Notes: a model not told the origin generated them from the sequence alone. 64,000 bases of DNA from Tubulanus polymorphus (GCF_964204645.1 NC_134036.1:2790001-2854000); one strand, 5' to 3'; shown: positions 21,765-35,572, counted from the stretch's first letter. Made by a program: numbers and translations.

Positions 21765-22272
21765 GGCTAAAAAATCCCCCTTGTTCGTTCCCGGCAGGTG
21801 CGGTGGATTTGTAAGCGATACCAACAAATCAGACCAAATCTACCTATCAAATAGATAACAGGGTCAATCCCTATTTCAAGACAAAATTGATACCTTGTTT
21901 CTCATTTCTGTTGAACTTAAAAGTTGACCCCGCTGCCTATCTACCCTGTACATTACTTTTTAAAAATAAAATTGGGCTTTAAAGTTGACCCGGCCGCCCA
22001 TCTACCCTGTACATAAATTTCTTTAAATTCATGACGAAGCTATCAATAACAGACCCAGTAGTTATAGAAATGAACTGATTACAAATTTTAAATGCAGTGT
22101 AAAAAGTTTACCTACCCACCTATGTACCCTGTACATTACTTTAAAAAAAAATCATGATGAAGCTATACCATAATAGACTCGGCAGCTATAGAATTGAACT
22201 GATCACAAATTTCATCACGGTTTACAAAAGTGACTCGCCTGATTAGGAAAGAGGTATCATTTTATCTTAGCC
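21765..22272. mobile_element. MITE family A copy with internal duplications
   Basis: Starts taa|ggctaaaaaat and ends ggtatcatttatcttagcc-like. Repeats aaagttgaccc...ctaccctgtacatt and ttatagaaatgaactgatcacaaattt. Confidence 0.6.
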
Positions 22273-24205
22273 AAAATGGAAAGTCAGTTGAAATTTTGGA
22301 ACAACGTTAAGAGTTGGATCATGCGCGACTAGAACCGTAAACGATTTAGATCTTCAAACGAACCGAGAGTAGATTTCACAATGTTTACTGATTAAAACAA
22401 AGTCGTTTAAAGCCGATACATCAAAATCTCCTTTGATGACAGACGTATCATGACAACATACGAATAGGATTAAGTTGTAGGCACAGATAAGACTTGTAGA
22501 CCGAGCATAGATGCTTGAAATTTGAGGAAATATATTTGAAGATATTTTCGAAACGGGCAAAATAAAGAAGATAAACATCATTGAAATAAAAGGAATCCTT
22601 GGCAGCCTTCCAAATCAAATACTTAGGTCGAGTGACGATGATTAAATTCGAAGTAATGGGTGTAAAATGAAACTGGTCTTATTTTATCGGTGTCATGATT
22701 TCGAGAAAGTCAAAAGTTCCGAGTTGGCCACGTTCTGAGTTTGTTAAGGTTTACTGTATTTATAAGGTTTACTGTATTACTAAATAAACCCAGTCTTTGA
22801 GATCATTTCTGATTTGCCCATTCTCAGGGGCGGATCCAAGGGGAAGGTGCAGGGGGTGTGCACTCCCTCAAAAAAGTGTCAAAGTGCCCGGGAAAATAAA
22901 AATATTAAACTGATTACCTAGAAAGTTTTAATTCATAAGTATGTCCTCTGTATTTCCAAAAGTGAGTTTAATGTTTTCTGATGAGTTTTCTTTCTTTCAG
23001 GATCCCCTTTCAATTATATGATATGCCCTATTTTGGGGCGTGTAGCCCTCCCTGAATCAGACCCTAGATCCGCACCCTGTATACTAGAAACGGACCCTGG
23101 ATTGCGTAATTAGCGAACACGAAAAATATCGAAATCGATACGAGATATGTGAGACTGATATAATATATCGCAGATGAGAATCGATATCAATTAACTGATT
23201 AATGACTGGAAAGAGAACCTGAGGTGTGAGTGATGAGAGATCGTGGTAATTACTATCGCACCCCAGCTCAGTTATCAAGTAGATATAGACAAATTGCCAG
23301 GTAATTAATGAAGCATGTTGTTCGACATGGTGCTGTCTGCCGAGCAGTTACCGACGACGACGACGACGGCGGTGAGCCGCGTATTCGAGTATTGTAGGTG
23401 AATATTTGGAGTATGAAAGTCTACTTGTTACAACCGAAACCTTTCATTTAAAAAGAACTTCCAGCGACCTGAAAATCTGATTGTTATAATCAGCAGGAAC
23501 ACCATTAAAAAGAACTTCAGGTCACCAGAGAATCTATTTGTTACAACTGAGACAGTGAAACCTTTTACATAACAAACCTCAGGAGGCCTGTAGGAACGCC
23601 ATAACTATGAACTTCTTCATCAGAAAATCTATTTTATAACAACTGATATAGACAGTTGAAACCACAGAGGACCTGTAGTTCTATTAAACGTGGATCCTTG
23701 TTACATCACAACAAACTTCAGCAGACCAGAAAATCAGTTTGTTCTAACTGACAGATAGTCTAAAAATATCCAGTTCAAAATAGCGGGGGAGCTCATTATA
23801 ATGTACTTCAGAGGACCAGAGAAATCTGTTTGTTATTAATGAGTTTGTTTAAAAATTATACCCAGGATGAAATAACGGGGGACCTCATTACAACAAAATT
23901 CAGAGGGCCGAGAAAAAACCGATTGTTATATCAATCAGTACAAAATTACAACGGAACCTCATTACTGAACTTCAAGGGACCATGAAATTTGTTTGTTAAC
24001 CTTTACAAAGAAAACTTGACCATTCAAATCAAACTTTCGCCAGTGTATGAGATGTTTTCACAAACTCCACATTAGATGGTCTAATCAAACCATTCCTTTT
24101 GTCCCGAACCACCCCAAAGGTAAGGACAGCCTTCTTGGCAAGATCTAATTGACCAATCACACGCAGCGGTCATGGCCGAATTAATTACGCGCATTATTTA
24201 CTTAC

Positions 24206-24313
24206 TTTGTCGAGAAAATACGCGTACGAAATGGCCGAAATCGCCGAGTCAAGGTCGCAAGCTTCGTTGCCGATGACGACGTGAATGCAGCTGTACGTGT
24301 CGGCAGATGAGAT
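24206..24313 (-). CDS. PRUNE1: prune coding exon 2 (DxD motif)
   Basis: Not in the ORF track. tttttcttcag|ATC ... AAA|gtaagt, 108 nt, phase 0-0. Encodes ISSADTYSCIHVVIGNEACDLDSAISAISYAYFLDK. Confidence 0.93.
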
Positions 24314-26749
24314 CTGAAGAAAAAAAAGCGAGACGAAATTACAGGAAGAATCGGTAGTTAATCAGTAAAATTATGGTCAATCTTCGTTTTATGCAGCGTC
24401 AGTGGATTCAACGTGATAGTTATCATGATCCGCAATCAGTGATTATTATCAGTTATTTGTGTACAGATATACCGCATCGTTTCACCTAATGTTTGCTAGG
24501 TCTACCGGTATATCAGAGTGGTTCTACAATCAATCAGTAACCCATGTGAAATCATGGTAAACTTTTTTATCCCCAATCCGCCGAATGCTATACAGCCTCA
24601 TTAGTGAATTTGAGATATTCGTTTTCTCACAATCAAGGAGAGAGACCAGAGAAGAACCTCATGGTTTCATGTTGTTCAGTGTTAGAATACTGGTGGCCAG
24701 ACAGTTTCAACAACAGAGATGTAACTCAACTATTGGTCAATTAATTAAGTTCCACAGCCCAGTTATCAAGTCTTGACTTAAGCCGAAAAGTGGTCCTAAA
24801 TCTTAAGACATGTCTTAAGTTGTAAGATTGGCTATAAAACTAAGACGGTCTTAGACTTGTATCAAATCTTAGCCATGACTGTGCAACCGACCCCAGCCAG
24901 GGTAACAAAATGTAACTTCCAGTCCTACCAACTCATGTCTTTAAAATTGAACAGAAAAATTGGTTGAATTGAAATTGTTTTTTACTTATCGAAAACATGA
25001 AGAGTAACCGACATTCAAGCAAAAATGAACAATAAACTTTTCCATGAAATAGGACCCAAGCTTGAGGATATGAGTAGAAAATTGAATTGTCAGTTCAAGT
25101 CAGAAAGTCAACAGAAGACCAAGGCAAGTGATACAATGAAACCCCATAGAATTTGATCAATTTCACACTGGTTATAACGAACTATCGGTTATAACGAATA
25201 GATATTCTAGTCCCGAGAAGTTCGTAGTAACGAGGTTCCACTGTATATACTTTTTCTTTATAAATCTCTGATGCACGGTGTTGTTCTCTTTCCCGACCGT
25301 TAACATCTTATGAGCGAAATCTCAAGAGACGGAATTAACGCGAAAGATTTTCTTGCATCTGACAACCTGGAAATCCCGGTGTTGTTATTCTTCAGCTGAC
25401 CGGTCAATCTGGGCAATCAGATAAACCCCATAATGCAGAAGTAAATATCAAACTAAGAAGCTCTACAATCCGTTGTCGATTCCAGCAGGTCGTCATAGAC
25501 ACGTATCCAGTAGATTTTTTTCGTTTAATTCCTAACATTGCGCAACTTGACTTTGGAGAATAGCTTCACCTTGGATTTATTTAATCATTCCCTAGTTTTT
25601 CATTTTCTCAAATCATTCTACCTTTTTTTCAAGTTGTTCATATTCCCTTTTTAGAGTTTGAAATCTCAAATCTCATGCTTTTATCTCAATTTCCAAGTGT
25701 TTCTCAAACAGTTTTTTCTCTGCACCCCAGTTAGCTTTATGCTCTGTGTATTTTGTACGTAACTTGTATTTACCGATGTAACTGTGTCTAAGATTATGTT
25801 TAATGGTAATAAAAAAGATGTTTTTTTTCTCATTTCCCCAAGTGCAAGCCATTAATGCAAGCCATAAACGGTAGAAAATATCAAACTAAGAAGCTCTACA
25901 ATCTGTAGTTGAATCCACCAGATCGACAGAGGCACTGCATCCAGAATATTCATTCAATTCAATTTTGTCACCCATTTTTTCGAAGTTTGCCAGCGAAATA
26001 CACTTTCAGCGACACTGCATCCATAATGGATTCCTTAAACGAGGTGTCCTCTCTAAAAACATGAGAATCATTGGATTGCAATGAGTTCCTAAGCCTCCAA
26101 TATCTCGTAGGCGTCCTCTTCAAAACACGAGAATCATTTGATTGGAATCACATGTAGATCCTCGGCTTACATTGTCTAAGTATTCTATAGACTCTCGAAG
26201 ACTATCATTCGAAAATCTCATCGCTATTCTACAAGCGAAAGCGATATATCGAGTAATCTCGATCTCCGATGAGAATCTTCGATAATTTCACCCTCGGGAA
26301 TTCAACTCGAAATTCATCGTTATTCAAACCGAACACGTTTACACTTTCAATCGCATTTTAAAGACAGTATATTCGAGTAACCGATGGCGACAGTGAATAA
26401 ACGATCATCTCGTTCTGTCTCGCTCCATCACTTTGTAATCAAGTGAAGACAGGTTTGTGATTCAGCTGCTTGTAACTCTAATTGATACAGCTTTGAATCT
26501 ATTAAATCGCCCGACGATGCATTTAAAACCTTGGTTACATTATTCAAACTTGTAAGACACGCAGGAGCCAGGTCGACAGATATACGATACTCAAACTGCT
26601 TTCTTCACAAAATATCAAAATTTATATCGTCTATGTCACAAAATATCAAAGTATATATCGTCTATGTCATCTAATGTGATATCGGGTATATTGATCGATC
26701 TATTGATGGTTCCAAGGTTGTAGTCAACATTCAATTCAGGTTTAATTTG

Positions 26750-27660
26750 AATCCGAACCTAGTACAACAGTTTTCTAGGTTTGACTCTAGATTCAGTACC
26801 ACAGTTGTGCGGGTTTGACTATGGACCCAGTTCCATAGTTGAGGAGTATGAGTTTAATTTGTCTCCGGACCTAGTTCCACAGTTGTGTGAGATTATTCTG
26901 ACTCTGGACCCAGTTCCAGTTGTGAAGGTTTAATTTTTCTCTCAACCCAGTTCCACAGTTGTGAGGATTTAATTTGTCTCTGGACCCAGTTCCACTGTTG
27001 TGCAGGTTTTATTTGTCTCTGAACCAAGTTCCACAATCCATTTTTAAACTACTCCATTTCCCGTGTAAATTGCGTTCGCAAACTGAAAAGTCATGAATAT
27101 TTGTTGTATAAACAGCACATCTCAGCACTAGACAAATGAGTTTCATGTTGCTGAATGAATGTCTGATTGTGTGAATGATGATTAAAATCTCTGCCGGTAA
27201 TTGCTTATTACCACATGAAAGGTTGATTAATTAGATTCGTCGAATCAGCGTTAATTCAATTCACATCGTCGATAGAAACATATGCCATATCATTTTGTCA
27301 TTCTTTAAACCCGCTACTTCATGCATGTTCATTTGAGGGACTGGATCGAATTGAATCTGTGGGTCAAATTAACACACAAAACCATAGAACTGGGTCTAGA
27401 GACATGTTAAAATCGCACGACTTCGGAACTGGACCCAGAGTCACATCAAACCTACACAACTGTGGAAAGGATCCAGAGTCATATTAAATCCACACAACTG
27501 TAGAAATGGGTTCAGAGACAAATCAAACCTACACAACTGTGGAAGTAGATCAAACCTGAAAACAGTGAAACTGGATTCAGAGACAAATTAAACTCACACA
27601 ACTGTAGAAATGGGTTCAGCATCAAATCAAACCTGCACAGCTATGGAACTTGGTACAGAA
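26750..27660. repeat. ~39-bp satellite in two inverted blocks (26750-27035 forward, 27340-27660 reverse)
   Basis: Unit ~ctctggacccagttccacagttgtgNgggtttaatttgt; the second block is the reverse complement. Confidence 0.8.
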
Positions 27661-28050
27661 TTAAGCTCATGAACGTAAAACGCTCGAATTCAGAATCTCA
27701 CCCCGTGCTAGGTAAGGAGGGGTGAGTAATAGCTCAACAAATCGAGACGACAGTAGATTACATCGTCTGTTTCCCCGCTTACCCGTTCGTTCGTTATTCA
27801 ACCTTTTGTCACGGACGACGCTTTATTAAACATGAAACAAAAATAGATGCATTAAATGCGAAGGTATTTCAAAGGCGTTCCCATGGCAACAGAACTACTA
27901 CCGGAAAATTGCGATGCCCTCGGCAACCGTACTAATAAATATAGATATATGCATATGTATAGATATATATATGTGTATAAATATTTAAGTTGTAAAGCCT
28001 TTTTTAAATTGATTGTTCCATATTTTATGTTTTTGCGTTAACTGCATTTA

Positions 28051-28270
28051 GGCTAAAAAATGATACCTTATTTCTCATTTCTGCCGAGTTTAAAAGTTGA
28101 CGCGGCCGGCCGCCTATCTACATGTTACTTTTTTAAAGAAATAACAATCAAGCTAACAATAACAGACAACAGACCCGGTAGTTATAGAAATGAATTGATT
28201 ACAAATTTTATCGCAATTTACAAAAGTGACCTGGCCGATTAAGAGAAACAAGGTATCATTTCTATTAGCC
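28051..28270. mobile_element. MITE family A copy
   Basis: ggctaaaaaatgataccttatttctc ... gagaaacaaggtatcatttctattagcc inverted termini; internal identity to 2216-2526. Confidence 0.7.
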
Positions 28271-29331
28271 TTGTTGCAGTTTGGTAGAAAAAACTTTGCG
28301 TTATTGGTACATCGAATATTGGGCAGGATAATGTACGTCCACCAATAAAAATGCGCAACCAATAACGGAATGGTAAATGAGAATATTACTGTTATAGTTA
28401 AGTGTTTATTGAGTATGGGGACCATGTAAATACCGCAATGAATAACTAACAGGGCCGTTTACGATGGGAATTAAGAGCTGCGCAATACCAGGTCAAGTGA
28501 TAGATGACACCGCAACGCCATCTTGTGATCGCTTCTCTTCCCTCGAGACTTCAATTCAGGAATGATTTAAAAACGTATGTGAAGAATTAGAAAAAAAACG
28601 AACACTTGAAAATATCAGGAATGAAATATGGAAATATATTGTCTCAGAAAATATGTTGAATGAAATTATAACTTTGGTAACATTGAACTTTGCTCTCTTG
28701 GTCACAGTGCATAGTGAATATTTGGTGAAGCAGGAACTGCATGGAAACAAGCGTGAAATGATGTCAACCTACGTTAAGTGCTATCAGAAACAATTTGTAT
28801 TCAAGAACATATCAACATTGAAATATGAAAGTAAATTCCAAAATATTCCAAAGCTTACAACTCAAAACCTTTCAAGAACTCCCTAGTAATGTTAATGTTT
28901 GCAAATATCAGAAAGAAGCACAAACGCTATCGAATAAACATTTCAAAAAATGTTCAAAACGTTCTGTAACACCTTGAAACACAAGCCAGTAACCAGAATG
29001 TCAGTGCTTACAGGGCTTCAATGGGAACATTGAATATGGAAGAAAATGTCATGTAGGGCCTTGAGTAACACCTTTCCAACAGTTCATGCATGCGAGAATA
29101 GTTATCTCATTCATCAGATGGCTACGAATCAACACAAGAAGAAAATGCTCAAAACATTCAGCAATAGTTTAAAAGACAAGCCAGTAACAAGGATGTCAGC
29201 GCTTTCAGTGTTTTGAATTGGAACATTGAATATGGAAGAAATTGTCAATATGAAAAGTAAATGTGAGCCGCAAGCTTCAGTACGACTGTTCCAACAGTTA
29301 TCTATTTCATTAGCAACGCGCGATTGAAAAT

Positions 29332-29898
29332 CTAGTGGTCCGGGCGCGTCGGGGCGCCGGTCAAATTCTCGCGCAGTAAATGCATTTCGTTCAACGCTTG
29401 AGTCAAAAACGGTCGCACCGTGTTCAACTCCATCAACGTCAAAAAGTTCAACTTGGCGTTCGTCGAGTCGCTTTTCACGAATAAATCGACGCTACTGCGT
29501 AATTTCGACATTCGTAAATCCCAGATATCCTTAACGAGCGTACGCACGTCGTCCGCTCGCGGAATATCGTCGGCGGCAACGTTCAACAATAACTGCGACA
29601 CCTCGACGTAGAATTCGTCGGGCATTTCGGTGAAAAGTTCCGAATCGATCTCCGCCTGTTTCGTCGCTTCTAACGCTTCGACGTTCATCCACGCAGGTGG
29701 CGTTATCCGACATTTTTGGCGCCGTTTCAAATTGACGGCTAGCCACAATGGCACGTCGTCGACGGCGACAGCTGCCGAAAACGGACCGACGTCGCCGCCG
29801 ATCATGTAAAGTTTAGCGAGCGTAAAATTCGGCACGATCGTCACGGCGCGTTTCTCGGCGAAGAATTCGACGTCGGCCGGATCCATATAGTCGTACAT
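29332..29898 (-). CDS. GINS2: DNA replication complex GINS subunit PSF2, intronless CDS nested in prune intron (alternative ATG at 29886)
   Basis: MDPADVEFFAEKRAVTIVPNF...GPF...VPLWLAVNLKRRQKCRITPPAWM...IPRADDVRTLVKDIWDLRMSKLRSS...LTLMELNTVRPFLTQAL is full-length PSF2. Acceptor gtatcgttttag|GCG at 29940. Confidence 0.95.
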   Translation of the reverse strand: MYDYMDPADVEFFAEKRAVTIVPNFTLAKLYMIGGDVGPFSAAVAVDDVPLWLAVNLKRRQKCRITPPAWMNVEALEATKQAEIDSELFTEMPDEFYVEVSQLLLNVAADDIPRADDVRTLVKDIWDLRMSKLRSSVDLFVKSDSTNAKLNFLTLMELNTVRPFLTQALNEMHLLRENLTGAPTRPDH

Positions 29899-32800
29899 TG
29901 TTGTCGTCACCGTGGCCGCGGCGCCCGTCGATAGACCCGCCTAAAACGATACAAACAGAAAAACGACGGATGGTAGAGTGAATGAAACAAAAAAAATACA
30001 ATGTGGTGGAGGTGTGTGGTGCTAGTTGGGGATAGGGTAGGAATGGAGCTGAAGGTACGGCTGTGTTATACTAAAGTTGTGCGGTACGATCTCTAGAGCT
30101 CTGGAGTCGTTCAAGCTATTTAAGTTTACGCGATTTGGACTTCGGGAAGGGAACCTCAGTAGGGTGGCCACTTTCCGCCTGTTCGAATATCCTCCTGAGT
30201 GAATCAGAGAAATTCCTTGATCTTAAATGTTACAATTCATTCATTTCTTACTGAATTATGCACTAATAAAGAACTACATGGTCAATAACATCATTCAATT
30301 CCCCGAGTTTTCCAAGTTCTTGGTAAAATTTGTCAAATTCCCTGAGATTTCGCCCTGATTTTTGTCTAGATTTTTCTGATTCCCATAGTTAACCTGATTT
30401 CTAAGTTAAGTGGCTTTCCTACTAAGGCATTGATACAAGTTGAACGGTGAGGGCAATTACCAGAGCATGCTTGAAACATAAATGAAGTGTGAATGGGTTT
30501 AAGGTCGACGACCCTGAAGCAGTGGATTTTAGTTTGTACGTGGTAGTGATGTTTAAAAGAAGTCAGTAAGGGTTTGAGAAGGGCATGCATGCGAACAAAT
30601 ACTCCATGAAAACTAGCTGCCGAGTCTTTATCAATTTGTAATTTCATTCACGTTTCAGTTCTTGTTACCAATTCCGAAACTAAAACGTTTGTGAAGCACT
30701 TTACCAGATATTCCTATCTTTCGTTATTTTGGATTTTAAGAGTGTTCAGTGTATCATGCTCTCTACTTCTTAAAGTGCAAGGCAATTTCGCAACAACGGC
30801 AAGCACATTATCATGACATTCAATGCAGACATTAATCAAAAGGTCCGATTTAAGTGAAATATTGCCAATCTTAATCTAGCTATAAATAATTTTCCAATTC
30901 ACCAGTTCATCCCTGTCTTATTATTAAACTGTTTTCATCTGTTTTACCAATTACAAATTAAACACCTACTGCACGACTGGGGGTGTTTTTTTTACAAGTT
31001 TTACGAAACAACATCAAGATGAAATGAGATGATAGAAAGAAGACTAGTTCGACTAGTTCAATGGATGGGTTAAGAAGTTTTCGTCAACTTATCCAACAAG
31101 ATTCATGGGAGCCATTGCACAACAAACATTGAAAATTCAAAAAATTAAGTCTGGACAATAAAAATTCTCTCAAATTCCAATGTTTTATCTGGGTTTCTGC
31201 CATTCACAGTGACTGGATTTATACTTTCAAGTTCATAACATTTTCCAAGGCATGCTCTTTAACTATCATTAACGTTAGTTTATCAAGATTCGATGGATCT
31301 TCTTCATCTTTTCTATATCGAACATATCCCATCAATGTCAAATTTCTCTCTCCTATCGCTCAAGATGAAGATTCTATTTAAGTAAGTGATAAATTTTCCA
31401 CATGACGAGACGTTGAACGTTTAAATCGGTATCTGAAAAGTCGATCGTATGCTTTAGAGTATTTCTGTACATTACAGAGACATCAAACAAGATACTAAAA
31501 CTGCCTGAAGATACAGATTGAGGTGATACAGGTGGAACTTCTTCTTCACGAACTAAATAACAACAACAACGACGGAAAACACATGCAATGATGGAATACG
31601 CTCACAGCGAAGAGATTAAAGCTTTGAACTGTTGTTGGAACATCTTCTCTTTAAGCGGGAAGGATGGTTTACGATGTTACAGAAAGGAAATGATGGAGAC
31701 TGATAGCAGAGGGATGGGCAAACCTAGTTTCAGAAAGTAAAGGATGTGGAGACAGGAGAGTCGAGCAAAAATTCTTTACTGATGTTGTTGATGAGTGAAA
31801 CAAAAGGATGAACAATGATGAACTTCTTTGACGAACACAAAACCTGGGAATGGGCAAATAAACGTTCCCAATGTTGGCTAAAGCTATTTGAAGTGAAGTG
31901 GAGATGAGTAATGACAGAGAAGATGATGATGTAGACAAAAAGAACAGGGAAGGGATGGGAGGCAGGTTGTCTCCTCACATTAGGCAGAATGTTTGTAATA
32001 ACAGCCATACTGTACCCAGCAATGTCCGGTATTGCCGTCAACACTACGATTTAAGACACTATTTTAAACCGGTCATCGTTTTAGAGAATATTCTACTTAC
32101 AATCAGCCTTAAGATCATTAATGGACTTAATACACGACTAATTAACTGAGCCCTTGGAGTTTAAGTACATTGTTCCCTCAGATGCACGAATTCAAACTTG
32201 CCAAATCAAAAAGTACTGCAAGGGCGATTTTCAAATAGGGCCTTCGTAAAAGTGAGCACACCATCATGTCACATTTAGGTGGCACCTGGTTGATAACGGT
32301 GATCTTTCCATACATTTCTCGGATAAGCAAATTTCCAGATATATCATTTTCAAATTTCCTGATATCCCAGTACTATGAGAACCATGTTAGTTAGCGCACC
32401 AAGGGTTGAAGAAGGTATCAGTGCAGAGCCTAATGGTCGCTGGTTGGTGAAGATGATTTTCAAGAAAAACTACTGAAGAAAGTTGCCCTTGGGCAAGCAA
32501 TTGATGTATCAAAACTATGCTATGTGAAGTGTACAGTGAAATTCCCGTATATTTCTTGGATTAGAGGAAAATCTATAAAATTCCCAAATTTTTCCAAAAG
32601 GGAAAATGTTATTCCCAGGTTCTTCCAGATTTCCCAGTGCTGTAGAAACCACGCAAGTTGTCAACCAAGGGTTGAGGTAGGTATCAGTGCACAGTATGAA
32701 ACCACAGACACTGGAACAGGGTTTGTAACAGCACTGTGGGTTCGTAATGATTCAAATCTATCATTACCTGCTCGATGAGATATTTCAGTAACTCGAGTAA

Positions 32801-33035
32801 CGACGACGACAATGACTGACGATGTTGATAATAATGATGATGAATATAGATGACGAAGATGAAATTGATCTATCGAATTACCCGTACAGATTCATATTTA
32901 TTGATGCATAATACCTATATGTTACATCATAGTATGAAGTATACCATATACAACTACCCCTCACACATTCAACATTGAAGCGTTCAATGTTAACAAAAAC
33001 ATGATATAGGCCTAAAGTCTATAAAATGTTTATCT

Positions 33036-33540
33036 AACATTTCGACTATATCCTAATAGTCATCTATATCCTAATAGTCATCTATATCCTAATAGACATC
33101 CTCAGGAATACTGTATTCCTTGAGCTAGTGTAGTTTATTCACGACTTTATCCTAATAGTCATCTTCAGGAATACTGTATTCCTTGAGCTAGTGTAGTTTA
33201 TTCAACGTTTCGACTATATCCTAATAGTCATCTTCAGGAATACTGTATTCCTTGAGCTAGTGTAGTTTATTCAACGTTTCGACTATATCCTAATAGTCAT
33301 CTTCAGGAATACTGTATTCCTTGAGCTAGTGTAGTTTATTCAACATTTCGACTATATCCTAATAGTCATCTATACCCTAATAGACATCCTCGGGAATACT
33401 GTATTCCTTGAGCTAGCGTAGTTCATTCAACATTTCGACTATATTCGACTATATTCTAATAGTCGTCTTTAGGAACACTGAATACGATTAGAATACTGTC
33501 AAAATGTCAAATAAGTTTACTAGCTCAAGGAAGCACTCAG
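33036..33540 (-). ncRNA. tandem array of type I minimal hammerhead ribozymes (Penelope-like pseudo-LTR / retrozyme-type, 69-bp unit); intact copies at 33199-33242 and 33268-33311
   Basis: The minus strand reads UAUUC-CUGAAGA-U-GACUAU(UAGGAU)AUAGUC-GAAAC-GUU-GAAUA. This gives the CUGANGA/GAAA core, a 6-bp stem II, stem I UAUUC/GAAUA, palindromic ACGU stem III and a GUU cleavage triplet. Confidence 0.75.
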
Positions 33541-34445
33541 ACTTTATATTTTTTTTTCGTTATTATTATGGGATTTTATACATAGGGCCTATATCACAAC
33601 ACAGATAAAGTGTTTGATCAATGGTCATTGAGCTGATATAATATCAACCATCTTGACGTGAAGTCTGTGGATGATCAAAATTTTGAAAGAATGATGAAAA
33701 GAAAATGATATAAGCATCGATCAAATTTTTTGAAGCTAGAAACCAGCGGCGCAAAAACTTATCGCAAATTACAAACTCCATCCGAATTTCTCGTCTAACG
33801 CCGTGGCGAAGATGACAATGACAAACGATGAAATACGTTAATCGAATGAAACATTTTCTCCCGCCGTTGAATTTCAGTTTTTCGCTCGGTTTTTACTCCG
33901 TTAAATTTTCCCGTTACCGGCGACGATGTATACTGTCATCGCCATAGGCGCCGCGAGCGTTTTTGTGTTCGGAACGTTAATTAAACGTTTTCATCTCATC
34001 TCTACAGCGGCGGCGACGGTCTGTTACGCGTGGGAGAATGAGCAACACGCGCAAACGACGTCGTCGTCGTTCCTTAGTCACGTTTCGTTAATTTCGACAA
34101 TTCAGATTTTTTGTACCTTCGCCGAGAGAGAAAAAGTATAGAGAGAAAATGAACTTAATTCGAGCGTAATAGAAACCAATTCTCGTTTTCATGTCTGAGA
34201 GCAATGTGCGGGATTCTTCAGACATTTCGGCTGTTTCTATCGACATTAAATGTCTAATCAAACTATCAACTACTTGGGCGAAGATATTTTACAATCCGGG
34301 GGCTGGTTCCGTTATCCTCCCTAAGAAATAAGACCAGTCCAAGAACATTTCAGTTCAATAGCCAACGTAACAACTCAGGACTAGTCTTAAGATTTAAAAC
34401 CACTTTTGGACTTACCGGGGTATGTCTCCACTGTGGAGCCGGACC

Positions 34446-34602
34446 CTGGACCCAGTTAACAGTCATGACCTAAGTCCCAAAGTGGTCTTCAATCTTAAGT
34501 CTAGTCTTAAGTTGTTACATTGACTACAGAACTAAGATGGTCTCTAAGATGGTCTAAGACTGGTCTTAAGTTTAAGCCATGACATGCTGTGAATCTGGCT
34601 TC
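34446..34602. mobile_element. MITE family C (aaagtggtctt...cttaag...aactaag...ccatgact); related copies ~24750-24895, ~34300-34440 (inverted), ~54547-54668
   Basis: Shared internal sequence among the copies, with cccagtt...gaactg-type termini like family B. Confidence 0.55.
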
Positions 34603-35185
34603 ATAGACCAGATTTCAGCTTCCCAGTTGTGAGTCAGAGTTAAAATTGGTTCATTTTAAAACTATTTAACTCCGGACCGTCAACTAACAACTGAGATTTT
34701 GTATCAATGGGTCCACATCTAATTTCTTAGATGATTATTTTATAGCCACAATAGAAAACTACTAATTTGGTTCAGATCGCCGATAATATTTTGTTAACGA
34801 GACGAAAAACATGAATGCAGCTGCCCATGCACCAGCACGCAACAGCTTCGTGTATCGGCAAAGGCTAATGCATCACATATACAATTACAGAGATACGATT
34901 ACTTATAACGATATGATTATGTTACGAGTTGAGTTAAATATTTCCAGAGCGCACGACGCGAAGATAGACATATTTCCGTCAACTGCTGTCACTAATGGCG
35001 ATAAATCCTAACAGACTGTTCGCGTTCACATGGAGGATTCTGACGTCGTCGATCACGCGGCGGTAATTTCAGAAATTTTAAAACGTCGAGTATGTATTCA
35101 TTATTCATCGCGTCGATACCAGTGATAGCACACGTAATAAACACCTTCACAAATTCGATGCCAGAATTATCTTCTTTACCTCCAG

Positions 35186-35289
35186 GGTCCAGTTCCACAG
35201 TTCCGAGTTGAGATTTAACTCTGAGTGAACTCATTGAAAATGAACTTTAACTCAGAGTTAACTCTAACTCACAACTGTGGAACTGAGTC
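35186..35289. mobile_element. palindromic MITE family B (TIR ~GACCCAGTTCCACAG, CAG TSD; Harbinger-like)
   Basis: cag|ggtccagttccacagtt ... aactgtggaactgagtc|cag. A near-identical inverted copy lies at 52561-52668. Confidence 0.7.
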
Positions 35290-35536
35290 CAGTATTGGAT
35301 AACGTACAGACAGGCAATTCGAAGAAAGGATGTTCAACTTCATGATAAAGTTAGAGTGAAATATATTGGTTACTCTCATGTTTTTCTTAAAGCTAACTGC
35401 TAAGCATTTTTAACCTGATAACTTCTTGCGAATTTAAGCTAAGATGCAGTGACAAAACATGTTCATCACTTTAATGCGCGAAGATAAAACAAAAATCTTA
35501 GAGTTGTTTCTCTACGATGGGATAAACCTCACTTAC

Positions 35537-35572
35537 CAGAGCGGATTTTGCATTCTTCAGAAACGTTTCCAT
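35537..35572 (-). CDS. PRUNE1: prune first coding exon (METFLKNAKSAL); the exon itself starts at an acceptor at 35623
   Basis: AAAATGG Kozak context; CTG|gtaagt donor, phase 0. The peptide resembles vertebrate prune N-termini (ME-x-FL...K-S-x-L). Confidence 0.8.

Noticed and set aside
21485-21814. 109-aa basic plus-strand ORF in a prune intron
   Set aside because: A-run-driven composition, runs into a MITE, no domain.
31500-32050. Possible decayed retroelement fragments here and at ~48800-49450
   Set aside because: Stop-ridden; no diagnostic RT or endonuclease motif could be read.
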